A stretch of DNA of 64,000 nt from positions 5,784-69,783 of the forward strand of contig JAILKE010000024.1 of NCBI GenBank assembly GCA_024694125.1, read 5' to 3'. The stretch is from Bacteroidales bacterium (GTDB lineage: Bacteria > Bacteroidota > Bacteroidia > Bacteroidales > UBA3663). The translations under genes were made by a program, and so were the position numbers. Position 1 is the stretch's first letter. Each line of letters opens with the position of its first letter. Shown here piece by piece: positions 53,801-62,352 of this stretch. A model generated the notes under the pieces. That model ran no database searches. It was given only the letters and a program-made list of their open reading frames with translations, and was not told the origin of the DNA.

Positions 53801-55398
53801 CTGTATGCACGCAGCAGCCGGTCGAAGTAGAGATTGAATATCCTGCGCATACGGGCCGATGGACTGCGGCGCGACTGGCGTTGTTCCGTTGCTTCGTCCG
53901 CAGGCACAGCCTTCAGTATCAGGCTGCACAGCATGGGGGAGAGGGTCAATGCATTGACCAGGGACAATGCCACTGCCACAGCCATGGTGACGCCGAACTG
54001 GCGGTAGAAGACACCCGACGTACCTCCCAGGAAGCACACCGGCACGAACACAGCCATGAAGACCAGTGTCGAGGTGAACAGTGTGACGGACAGTCCCTTC
54101 ATCGCGCCGATGGTGGCGCGGTAGGGCGATGTTTCGCCGTCGTCCATACGAGCCTTGACCGCCTCGACCACGACGATGGCATCATCGACCACGGTGCCTA
54201 TCACCAGCACCAGGGCAAAGAGGGTCAATGTGTTGATGCTGTATTCCGCCAGGTACATGAAGATGAACGTACCGACCAGCGATACCAGTATCGTGATGGC
54301 GGGAATGAGCGTGGAGCGCATGTCCTGCAGGAAGACGAAGATGATCAATATCACCAGCAGTACTGCCAATATCAGCGTGATGACAACCTCGCGGATAGAG
54401 GCATCGACGAAGTCCTTGCTCGACTGCAGGTCTATCATCACCAGTCCGTCGGGCAGTTCGGCGCGGCACTCCTCCAGCACCTTGTCGATACGTTCGATGG
54501 TGGCATTGGCGTTCGAACCTGGCGTCTGCGATATGGAGCAATGGGTGCCTGGGTGACCGTTGACCTGCGTCTGCAGTGTGTATTTGAGCGATCCCAGTTC
54601 CACGTCCGCCACGTCGGCTATGCGCAGCACCTGTCCGTCGGGCAGCGCCTTGATGACCAGTTGTGCGAATTCCTCCGGTTTCTCATACCTGCCGCGGTAC
54701 TTGAGCGTGTATTGGAAAGTCGATTCCGAGTCTTCGCCCAGCGTACCCGTGGCAGCCTCCATGTTCTGCTGGTCCAGCACGGTACGTATGTCCGATGGCA
54801 TCAGTCCGTATGCCGCCATCTTGTCGGGCTTCAGCCACAGGCGCATCGCATATTCCGGACCATGCACATTGACCTCGCCCACGCCATCGACACGGTTCAG
54901 GCGGGGTTCGATGTTGATGCGCATATAGTTGTTGATGAAGTCGGAGCCGTAGCGGTCGTCCGGGCTGTACATTGCTATCTGTTTCAGGGGCGATGACTGG
55001 CGACGGCGCACCGTCACACCGCTCTGCTTGACGTCGGCAGGCAGTTTGGTCTGTGCCTGCGATATGCGGTTCTGCACATCGACGTGAGCTATCTTCGGGT
55101 CTGTTCCCTGTTCGAAGACGATGTCTATGTTGGCCTTGCCGGTATTGGTTGCCGAACTGGTCATATAGGTCATGTGCTCCACGCCGTTGATGGCCTCTTC
55201 CAGGGGCACGATGACGCTCTTGAGTACGGTTTCGGCATTGGCGCCGGTGTAGTTGCAGTTCACGTTGATGGTAGGTGGTGCTATCTGCGGGAACTGTTCT
55301 ACCGGCAATTGCCAGAAACATACGGCTCCGACCAGCAGTATCATCACCGAGATGACACCGCTCAATATGGGTCGGTCTATGAAGGTCTTGACGGTCAT
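50884..55398 (-). CDS. RND (HAE1/AcrB-like) permease fused in frame to a NodT/OprM-type outer-membrane factor
   Basis: Residues 1 to about 1040 are AcrB-like (FIDRPI, GTVVDDAIVVVE, RLRPILMTSL). Lipobox LSGC at Cys1064 is followed by OMF motifs (DPLLQQLIDSAL, RPEV, YLEILSAQ). Confidence 0.9.
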   Translation of the reverse strand: MTVKTFIDRPILSGVISVMILLVGAVCFWQLPVEQFPQIAPPTINVNCNYTGANAETVLKSVIVPLEEAINGVEHMTYMTSSATNTGKANIDIVFEQGTDPKIAHVDVQNRISQAQTKLPADVKQSGVTVRRRQSSPLKQIAMYSPDDRYGSDFINNYMRINIEPRLNRVDGVGEVNVHGPEYAMRLWLKPDKMAAYGLMPSDIRTVLDQQNMEAATGTLGEDSESTFQYTLKYRGRYEKPEEFAQLVIKALPDGQVLRIADVADVELGSLKYTLQTQVNGHPGTHCSISQTPGSNANATIERIDKVLEECRAELPDGLVMIDLQSSKDFVDASIREVVITLILAVLLVILIIFVFLQDMRSTLIPAITILVSLVGTFIFMYLAEYSINTLTLFALVLVIGTVVDDAIVVVEAVKARMDDGETSPYRATIGAMKGLSVTLFTSTLVFMAVFVPVCFLGGTSGVFYRQFGVTMAVAVALSLVNALTLSPMLCSLILKAVPADEATEQRQSRRSPSARMRRIFNLYFDRLLRAYSNGVQLCLRHKVIVLGSTLLAIGVFAYLLDNTKTGLVPSEDMGSLTLSIQGAPGSTMTETKRTVDEVDQCLKQVEEIKAYSIILGAGKNSGQGASNAQFTIRLKNWDERQGKEHSIEAVQRRIYALTDHIKDTKLLIQGQPVISGYGSSNGFDLYVQDKKGSTWEELDRYTRDLIQGLNERPEIARAQTSYAMNYPQYLFDVDVVRCKRMGVDPDDVLNVISGYVGGNYVSDFIRFSKLYRVMVQAYPDIRMDRSALDRLYVRSSSGDMLAVGQFTVLKKTYGSESLTRFNMFNAIRVNGVPNEGYSSGECIKAIREVAARTLPEGYSYEFSGMSREENEQKGSNTAWVFVACTIFIYLILCGLYESLCIPLAVIFSVPFGLAGSFLFARIFGIENNIYMQTGIIMLIGLLSKTAILLTEYASQRRASGMTIEESALDATQVRLRPILMTSLTMVFGLLPMCFASGAGANGDRSLGIGTVGGMMIGTLALLFVVPVLFVLMQRLQERMPQRNLASWIMVPLCVAASLSLSGCSLYGKYQRPAEMQQLAEELSDNATATPGYPVAETDSLTSAQWHNIYTDPLLQQLIDSALVRNADLGIARLRVEEAQATLSTRRLQYLPTLSLQAQANIYAQDGFRPEHHNTIGPVASWELPLWGAQTNAHRGASALLAARMAQCHATQTSVIGTVAQHYYLLLLLDRQCEIDQATLANWQRNAEMLRRMKEAGMTTEVAVLQAEAACLALHQTLLDVQQTLADTEASLCTLLGWTPRHIERSDIDSQVLRVEPLQGVALMDLASRPEVMVAEAELRQCFYAVNAARAAFYPKLTLSANGQWTVDGTGSVANPGEMIWNLLAGLTQPLFAQGANRANLKIAKAQQQEALLSFRQALLSAGEATRSALSLCQTTRHLVEDDLQRVALLQRAVDQTTRLMQHSSTTYLEILSAQQNLLSAQQTLAQHQYDALQAMIRLYQAVN

Positions 55399-55417
55399 AA
55401 TTCAAATGGAATTTTTT

Positions 55418-55548
55418 AAGGGGAGTAAAAGGGGAGTAAAAGGGGAGAGAAAAGGGAGTAAAAGGGACGATACAATCTCCTGCGGGGATGCCCTTTGTCA
55501 CTTTGTACTTAGTCTCTTTGTCACTTTGTACTTTGTCCCTTTGTCACT
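55418..55548 (+). repeat. Composite intergenic repeat (AAGGGGAGTAA 11-mers, GGGACGATACA, hairpin, CTTTGTM 7-mers)
   Basis: Visible directly; anchor at 55464-55474. Confidence 0.85.
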
Positions 55549-56644
55549 TATCCAAGACTTTTGTTCCGTTCTTTACCAGTCCGGCTCCCTTGGCGATGAT
55601 GACGTCACCGGCTTTCAGTCCTTGGTGCACGATACAGTTGCGGCCGTCGTCGGAGATGCTCACCTGCAGCAGCGTCTGTGTGGTGAGGCCATCCACGATG
55701 CGGTAGCAGAACGTCTTGTCCTGCATCTCGAATGTAGCGGCGCGAGGGATGATGATGGCCGAATCGTAGTAAGTGGGCAACAGCAACTGGCCGCTGCCGC
55801 CGTTGCGTAGCAGACCGTCGGGGTTGTCGAATGCGGCGCGCACCTGCACAGCGCCGGTACTCTGGTCTATGGTGCCGCTCACTGCATCGATGCGTCCCGT
55901 GTGGTCGAAGCGTTTGCCGTTGCTCATCAGCAGGCTCACTTCGGGCATGGATTGGATCAATGCTTCGTTCGAACCATATTGTTCCGTCAGGTCCAGCATC
56001 TGGCTCTCGCTCAATGATATATAGGCGTGTATGGTGCGGTCGTCACTCACCGTGACGAGAGGATTGCTGCTGCTCGATACCAGGTCACCCACGCGGTAGG
56101 CTATCATGCCCGTCACGCCGTTCACTGGGCTGCGTACCTCGGTGTATGACAGGTCCTGGCGAGCCTTGACCTGTTGTGCCTGTGCCATAGCCAGGGTTGC
56201 TTCGGCGCTCGCCAGGGCGTTCTGTGCCGACATCAGGTCGTAGTCCGATACGATGCTGTCCCTGTGCAGTGCCTCACGGCTCTCGCAGTGCATGCGCGCA
56301 GTTGCCACTTCTGCCTCGGCGCTCTTGACTTGTGCTTCGGCTTGGCGCAATGCTGCCTGGTAGGGCACCTGGTCGATGACGAAAAGGCACTGCCCTGCAC
56401 GCACATAGGCACCTTCCTCGATGCATATGCGCGTCAGTGTACCCGCTATCTGGGGTCTGACCGATACGTGTTGCTGGCCTCGGAGTGTCGCTGGGTAGCG
56501 GCTCTCGGAGGTATAGTTGCTCAATGTGACGGTGAGTGTTTCATATTGGGCATTGTCTCCTTTGTCTGCCTGTTCCGGCTGGCACGAGGTAAGTGCGACT
56601 CCTGTCAACAGGGCTGCACTGATGGTATATAACAGATGGTTCAT
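55544..56644 (-). CDS. RND efflux periplasmic adaptor (MFP) lipoprotein
   Basis: Lipobox LTSC, VRPQIAG, EGAYVRAGQ, YTEVRSPVNG and AFDNPDGLLRNG. Confidence 0.93.
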   Translation of the reverse strand: MNHLLYTISAALLTGVALTSCQPEQADKGDNAQYETLTVTLSNYTSESRYPATLRGQQHVSVRPQIAGTLTRICIEEGAYVRAGQCLFVIDQVPYQAALRQAEAQVKSAEAEVATARMHCESREALHRDSIVSDYDLMSAQNALASAEATLAMAQAQQVKARQDLSYTEVRSPVNGVTGMIAYRVGDLVSSSSNPLVTVSDDRTIHAYISLSESQMLDLTEQYGSNEALIQSMPEVSLLMSNGKRFDHTGRIDAVSGTIDQSTGAVQVRAAFDNPDGLLRNGGSGQLLLPTYYDSAIIIPRAATFEMQDKTFCYRIVDGLTTQTLLQVSISDDGRNCIVHQGLKAGDVIIAKGAGLVKNGTKVLDK

Positions 56645-56856
56645 TTAGAACAATGATATTGATATCGGAGTTAATAAGAATGATATCGGCGTTATTAGTT
56701 TAAAATCTGAATTAATTAAAATGAGAGGTACTTGTTTCTGTATGTTAACAGTCTGATGTATGTGTGTCAAAAACTTCGTAATTCCCGTTTGTGTTAATCG
56801 CTGCAAAGATATGGAAAAAAAATTAAGTAAGCAAGAGTTTAAGGGAATTTTTTAAA

Positions 56857-57053
56857 AAGAAGTGACAAGGAAGAGACAAGGAAGCTAAAAAAAGAAGTGA
56901 CAAGGAAGTGACAGGGAAGTGACAAAGAAGTGACAGGGACGATAGTTTCATCCGGATGGGAACCATTTTTAATTTTTATCTTTTAATTTTTAATTATCAA
57001 AAGTATTTTGTATCGTCCCTGTCACTTCTTTGTCACTTCCCTGTCACTTCCTT
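56857..57053. repeat. MITE-like pair of composite repeats; perfect 43-bp inverted repeat (56902-56944 / 57011-57053)
   Basis: AAGGAAGTGACAGGGAAGTGACAAAGAAGTGACAGGGACGATA and its exact reverse complement flank a 66-bp spacer. Confidence 0.88.
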
Positions 57054-57092
57054 AAAATTCAATTAAATTCCTTTCCCTTCCCTGTAAATTCC

Positions 57093-60000
57093 TTAAAAAT
57101 TAAAATAATCTACCTCCACGTATCCGCCATTCTTTTTGGTGCAATAGTTGAAGAGGGCAAATTTCGTGCCCATGAAGAGCTTGCGGTAGTCGAAGCGCAT
57201 GCGGAAGGGGCGGCCCAACGGCAGCCAGTTTGTGCCGTTGTCCAGACTGTACCAGAAGGTAGCCTGGTCGTGAGCGCCGGGGCGGAAGTCTCCGTCGATG
57301 CGCAGCAGGATAGTAGAGAGGTCCGATACGTCCAGGCGTGCTATCTCCTCGCGTTTCACGTTCGTGATGGCCTTCTCGCGGTCCGACAGTTCCACCTCCT
57401 CGAAGGAGAGGACCAGCGCCGTCTTCTTGCCCGTGCGTTCCAGCGTCATCAGGGCCGAGTGTCCGTTGAAGGCAGCCAGACCCGCGCGGTCACCGTCGCG
57501 CATGTGGCTGAAGTCGATGCAGACCGTGCCGCTGCAGGTGGGGCCCTGCATGCGTTGGGTCAATGTGTTGCGGGCATGGTACAGGGTCGGAGCCACTTCG
57601 CTGGTGTGCAGTCGCAGCCATCCCTTGCGTTCCTTCAGGGACCATGCCTTGCCGGTCGGGTTGTGGTTGCACTGCCATGCGGGGACGTCGGTCATCAGGG
57701 TCGATGACTGGTCGAACTCGTCGTTCTGCAGCCACTGGATGTAGCCGTCGGCGGACAGGTGCGAGGTGGGGCGCAGGTCCTTTTTCTTGGGTTCGATGTC
57801 CGATGTAGGGTCCGCTTCGGCGGTCAGCATCATGCTCTCGGGGATGATGCGGCTACCGTCCGGCTGCAGTTCGCCTATCATGGGCCAACCATCGACCCAC
57901 TCACAGGGACTCAGGGTCAATACGCGGCCCACGCCGTCGCGGTCCTGGAAGATCACGCCGTACCATTCGCCCCGTTTGCCATCCACCACGGTGCCCTGCC
58001 CGGCGTAGTTCCATCCGCCGAACTTCGACTTGAGTATCACCTGCATCTCGTAGGGACCCTCGATGTTGCGGCTGCGGAACGCCAGCTGCTGGCGTCCCGA
58101 GCGGGGCCAGGAGATCATCGAGAGGTAGTAGTACCCATCGCGCTTGATGGCGCGTGACCCCTCCAGCAGTCCTTCGGGCATCAGTTCGCGTGTATTGAGC
58201 GTGCGCACCTCCCATGTCGGGTCGGCTGCGGTCAGGTCGGGGGTGAGGCGTGACAGGTGGACTGCCCCGCCGTCGTGATAGACGTAGCAGCGGTCATCGT
58301 CGTCGAACAGGAGTGAGGCGTCGTGGTAGTGGGGCAACCTTACCACCAGCGTCCATCCCTGGGCAGGGTCGGTGGTCTTGTACAACCACGAGCGGTGCGG
58401 GTCATCGTTCGCCGTGAACAGGGCGAAGAACAGTTTCTCGCCCTGCATCGGTCCCGACTTGAACTCGTGGTAGCGCAGCGAGGTCGCCCATTGGCCGCGG
58501 CCATAGACCGTGCCCTCCTTCAGGTCGTAGCGCGGTGTGTCGTGTATCTCGTCGAACAGGTACGACACCGTCTGCCACGTCACCAGGTCACGGCTGCGCA
58601 TCACCGGTGCCCCTGGCATCAGGTGCATGGTGGTCGATACCAGGTAGTAGTATTCCCCCACCCGTATGATGTCCGGGTCGGGCACGTCGCTCCACATCCA
58701 GGGATTGTGCACCTGCACCTGCTGCTGGTCGGCTGCAGTGGCGAACTGCCAGCTGTCGAACTGCATCAGGTCGGCTGTGCCCTCGCCCTCGAAGGTGAAG
58801 TACACGTCGTGCACGCCGCGCACCCGCAGTGCCTCTGTTCTGATGGTGGTCCAATGTGGGGCACCGCCTGTCACAGGGACATCGACCGTAGCTATCACCT
58901 GACCGTCGCGCGTGTCCAGTCGCACCTGCAGTCGGGCGCCTTTGACTTTGCCCGATACGCGTGCCTCGAAGGTCATCCGGTCGCTGCCTTGGCCGAAGTC
59001 CACGCTCCGCACCAGCACGGCGTCACCCCGGCTGATGCTGTCCAGATATACTCCGTGATGATATTTCCCCTCGTGGTAATTGGACTTTACGCCCCACGAG
59101 TTCGCCATCGTCGTGGCAGTCTGCAGCCGGTAGGGGTTGAGGTGCTCCAGTGGCGTGATCGCCGGGCAGTCCAGGAAGTAGGGCAGCTCCTCTATCGTGC
59201 CGTCCTCGCGGTAGCGCATCTCTGCCACCGAGGTGCTGCGGCGCTCCGAGTGCTCGGCGGTCTCGCGGCGCAGCAGGTCGTAGTTCAGGCCGAAGCAGTA
59301 GTGATGGCCCCTGTACTCAATGATGCCCGGATGGTTGCCGCGGGTGCGCGGTGTCGGTGCCATGATGTAGTCGGTGCCGTGCCAGGGGCCCAGTGGACTG
59401 TCCGCCATGGCATATCCGATGGCCTCGGGGCAGCAGGTCGAGGCGTATGCCATGTACCATTTCTTCTGCCAGCCCACGCGGTGACTCCACAGCCAGGGTC
59501 CCTCTTGGTAGTGCTGCACAGCCCATGTCGCTTTCTCCTCGGCGCTCGCCTTGAGGTTGATCTTGGCCGATGGGTCGGACACAGGGCGCATCACGCCGTC
59601 CTTGGGGTTCAGCACCAGTATCTCGCCTTGGGTCGAGATCATGTCTTCGTTCAACTTGATGCAGTAGGTGTAGGGGTTGCCCCAGTACATGTACGCCTGT
59701 CCGTCGTCGTCTATCCACACGGTCGGGTCGATGTCGTCCCAGTGTTCCTTCTGCCACACCAGCGGTTTGCCCAGTGGGTCCTTGAATGGGCCGTAGGGCG
59801 TATCCGCCACCAGTACTCCGATGCCGTGTCCGTGCAGTGGGCAGTACATGTAGAACTTTCCGTTGCGGGGTACGACGTGCATGGCCCATGCTCCGTTGTC
59901 GCGGCTGCGCCAGCTGAAGTCCTGCAGTGAGGCTACTGCGCCGTACTCGCGCCAGTTGACCATGTCGGTCGATGTGTAGAGCAGCCAGTCTTTCATCTCG

Positions 60001-60176
60001 AAGTTATAACCCCTGGCGTACTCTTCGTCGTGGGTCACATAGAGGAACACGGTGTCGTTCCACACCATGGGTGCGGGGTCGGCAGTGAATCGTGTCTGGA
60101 TGATTGGTTCTTGTGCCTGTGCATTGGTCAGGGCGCATGCCGCTGCCATCAGGCTGAAAATGGGTTTGTATTTCAT
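57093..60176 (-). CDS. Secreted GH43-CBM6-GH43 multimodular xylosidase/arabinofuranosidase
   Basis: Signal peptide MKYKPIF. First GH43: TADPAP, IDPTVW, QEGP. CBM6-like: VDFG...GVHDVYF. Second GH43: DVPDPD, YHDASL, LEGS, plus a C-terminal beta-sandwich. Confidence 0.9.
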   Translation of the reverse strand: MKYKPIFSLMAAACALTNAQAQEPIIQTRFTADPAPMVWNDTVFLYVTHDEEYARGYNFEMKDWLLYTSTDMVNWREYGAVASLQDFSWRSRDNGAWAMHVVPRNGKFYMYCPLHGHGIGVLVADTPYGPFKDPLGKPLVWQKEHWDDIDPTVWIDDDGQAYMYWGNPYTYCIKLNEDMISTQGEILVLNPKDGVMRPVSDPSAKINLKASAEEKATWAVQHYQEGPWLWSHRVGWQKKWYMAYASTCCPEAIGYAMADSPLGPWHGTDYIMAPTPRTRGNHPGIIEYRGHHYCFGLNYDLLRRETAEHSERRSTSVAEMRYREDGTIEELPYFLDCPAITPLEHLNPYRLQTATTMANSWGVKSNYHEGKYHHGVYLDSISRGDAVLVRSVDFGQGSDRMTFEARVSGKVKGARLQVRLDTRDGQVIATVDVPVTGGAPHWTTIRTEALRVRGVHDVYFTFEGEGTADLMQFDSWQFATAADQQQVQVHNPWMWSDVPDPDIIRVGEYYYLVSTTMHLMPGAPVMRSRDLVTWQTVSYLFDEIHDTPRYDLKEGTVYGRGQWATSLRYHEFKSGPMQGEKLFFALFTANDDPHRSWLYKTTDPAQGWTLVVRLPHYHDASLLFDDDDRCYVYHDGGAVHLSRLTPDLTAADPTWEVRTLNTRELMPEGLLEGSRAIKRDGYYYLSMISWPRSGRQQLAFRSRNIEGPYEMQVILKSKFGGWNYAGQGTVVDGKRGEWYGVIFQDRDGVGRVLTLSPCEWVDGWPMIGELQPDGSRIIPESMMLTAEADPTSDIEPKKKDLRPTSHLSADGYIQWLQNDEFDQSSTLMTDVPAWQCNHNPTGKAWSLKERKGWLRLHTSEVAPTLYHARNTLTQRMQGPTCSGTVCIDFSHMRDGDRAGLAAFNGHSALMTLERTGKKTALVLSFEEVELSDREKAITNVKREEIARLDVSDLSTILLRIDGDFRPGAHDQATFWYSLDNGTNWLPLGRPFRMRFDYRKLFMGTKFALFNYCTKKNGGYVEVDYFNF

Positions 60177-60405
60177 ATTGTTTCTTTGATGGTTCTGTAT
60201 GGTATGTCTGTATGGTGCGCATTTTTCCATCGCCGGTGCAAAGGTACTCCATTTCCCGTAATGTCCCAAACCGCAGTGTTACATATTTCTCTATTTCCAT
60301 TCTTTCGCGACGCCCATTCTTTCGCGACGCCAAAAGCGTCGCTTACGGAGAAGGCCCCTTTCCTTCCACCGTACGGAAAAGGTATCCCAACAGGAAGCAT
60401 ACTTG

Positions 60406-60620
60406 ACCTCGACAGACTGAATTAATGTCTATTAATGATGATTAATGGAGAAATTAAAACCTCATCTGACTGAATTAATGTCTATTAATGATAATTAATG
60501 GAGAAAAAACTTCGTACGAAAACGAATACGAAAACGAAAAAGCGTTTCGGCTGGCTGCATTTGAGGCCCTAAACCTCGACTGACTGAATTAATGTTTATT
60601 AATGACGATTAATGGAGAAA
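60406..60620 (+). repeat. Three 48-bp direct repeats with internal ATTAATG periodicity
   Basis: ACCTC..CWGACTGAATTAATGTYTATTAATGA..ATTAATGGAGAAA at 60406, 60459 and 60573. Confidence 0.85.
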
Positions 60621-60937
60621 TATAAAAAAGCAGTATTTGAAAATTAAGTTCAATTTTGGATAAAAATAGACCATCAGACAATTAATGGAAATTGGAGGAG
60701 TGGTGGCTATTTAAAGGCGTAAGCCCCCACCTTCACAGGCAAGGGCAAACTGTGTATGCATATAAAAAAACAAATCAATTCACTCTGGGTATATTCTATA
60801 TACGAATGTGACGTGTGTATTTCTCGAGTACAAAGGTATGGTCTTTTTTTCGATTCTCCAAATCTTTGGGATAAAAGCCCCAGCATTGGGACGAATGCCC
60901 TTTTTAGGAGGTGGAAAATCTTACTTTTCGACCATTT

Positions 60938-61870
60938 TCAGTACCGTTTACAAGGGTTGATAATCAAGTCCTTGACCTCTTGTACATAGGTTTTGGAGAC
61001 GGTTATCTGCCCGTTCACGCCACGGAGGGAAAGTTTCAGCGAGTGGTCCTGACTGACGAACTTGACCACGTGCGAAATATTGACCACGTATGCCCTGTGA
61101 CAGCGTATGATGTTGCAACACTGGGCGAAGGTCTCTTCAACCTGCGAGATACTGCTGCGCAGCGAAGTCTCGGAAGGTTTTCCCTCATTGAAATAGAATA
61201 TATGAACATAGTTTGCATCGCTCTCGGCGTATATGAACTCCGATGGATGCAGGGTTAGCGACTCTTTGGTAGAACCTTCGAGTCGGATGATTTCTTCAGG
61301 TTCGCGGACTGCCGGTTCCTCCTCGGGAGGAGTGGCGGCGCCCAGTGCAGCGCGGTCGGCTGCGCGTTTTCTGGCTGCTTCCGCCTCGATGCGGGCCTTA
61401 CGCTGGCGTTCCTCCAGGATACCGTTCAGGTACATGGCATCCTTCAGGCGGCGTTCTGATTCCTTTCGTGCGTAGTAATTGCGCCAATACATGCCTACGA
61501 TGAACGATATACAGGCCATGGCGCAGAACACCCTGAATGTGTTGGACCACGAAAGGTGGTTGTCAATCTGCTCGTTGCAGACCAGTTTGTCCAGATAAAT
61601 GCTTATGAATATGGTGAGCAGTATCACGTTGGTTATCTGGAATGTCTGGTTGCGTCTGATCAGATATACGCTGCTCTTGGCCAAGTTGTTAGGCATGCGG
61701 AATACCTTGACCACGATCATTTCACTCAATACGGGAACAAAAGTCATCAGTAGGCAGAGTCCTCCTATCAAAATCCATTTTTGTGGGCCGAATTGGTCCA
61801 ACCCAAATGGCTGGAACAAAACGAAGAACATTATGGCTATCAGTGAACTTATTAGCCTGACTTTTACCAT
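60938..61870 (-). CDS. Membrane-anchored LytTR-family transcriptional regulator
   Basis: Four N-terminal TM helices (LFQPFGL). C-terminal IYAESDANYV, IRCHRAYVVN and VSKTY. Confidence 0.88.
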   Translation of the reverse strand: MVKVRLISSLIAIMFFVLFQPFGLDQFGPQKWILIGGLCLLMTFVPVLSEMIVVKVFRMPNNLAKSSVYLIRRNQTFQITNVILLTIFISIYLDKLVCNEQIDNHLSWSNTFRVFCAMACISFIVGMYWRNYYARKESERRLKDAMYLNGILEERQRKARIEAEAARKRAADRAALGAATPPEEEPAVREPEEIIRLEGSTKESLTLHPSEFIYAESDANYVHIFYFNEGKPSETSLRSSISQVEETFAQCCNIIRCHRAYVVNISHVVKFVSQDHSLKLSLRGVNGQITVSKTYVQEVKDLIINPCKRY

Positions 61871-62059
61871 TCGTATATTTTAGAGTATATGATCTACTTG
61901 GTTAATTGCGGGTCTATTTTGGTTGAGCGCCCCGCTTCTTTTCTTTTTACGCGGCAAAGATAATGATTATAGTTGTATGCACCAAACATTTTCCGTAAAA
62001 TGTGCCATTTTTTCACTAAAATAACCCTATTTTGGTGGTTGAACAGCGAAAAAAGAAAG

Positions 62060-62352
62060 AAACTGCGTACCAAAACGGAAACTTCGTACGAAAACTAAAA
62101 CGAAAACGGGAACTTCGTACGAAAACCAAAACGAAAACGAAAAACTACGTACCAAAATCTAAATGATAACGAAAAATCCGTTCCAATCTGTTAGATCCGT
62201 TCAATCTGCGTTCTTTTTCTTGGAGAACACGAAAGTCGCGAAAGGGACGAAACCTCTTCACTCTGCGAGGTTTTTATATATCCCGTTTATCCGTGTTCCA
62301 GTTGTTTTTTTTCGTTATCGTTATCGTTTTCGTTATCGTTTTCGTACGAAGT
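62060..62352. repeat. ACTTCGTACGAA palindrome plus (GAWAAC)n hexamer arrays in both orientations
   Basis: Copies at about 62081 and 62112 (+), 62311-62352 (-), and about 60509. Confidence 0.75.

Noticed and set aside
23044-59930. Long antisense ORFs (for example 23044-24318, 26006-27637, 33280-34488, 45912-47342, 47391-48956, 58323-59930)
   Set aside because: Shadow frames of GC3-rich genes on the opposite strand, with no recognisable motifs.
60406-60620. CRISPR array
   Set aside because: Only three repeats, very unequal spacers (5 and 66 bp), the longer spacer is itself repetitive, and there are no cas genes.
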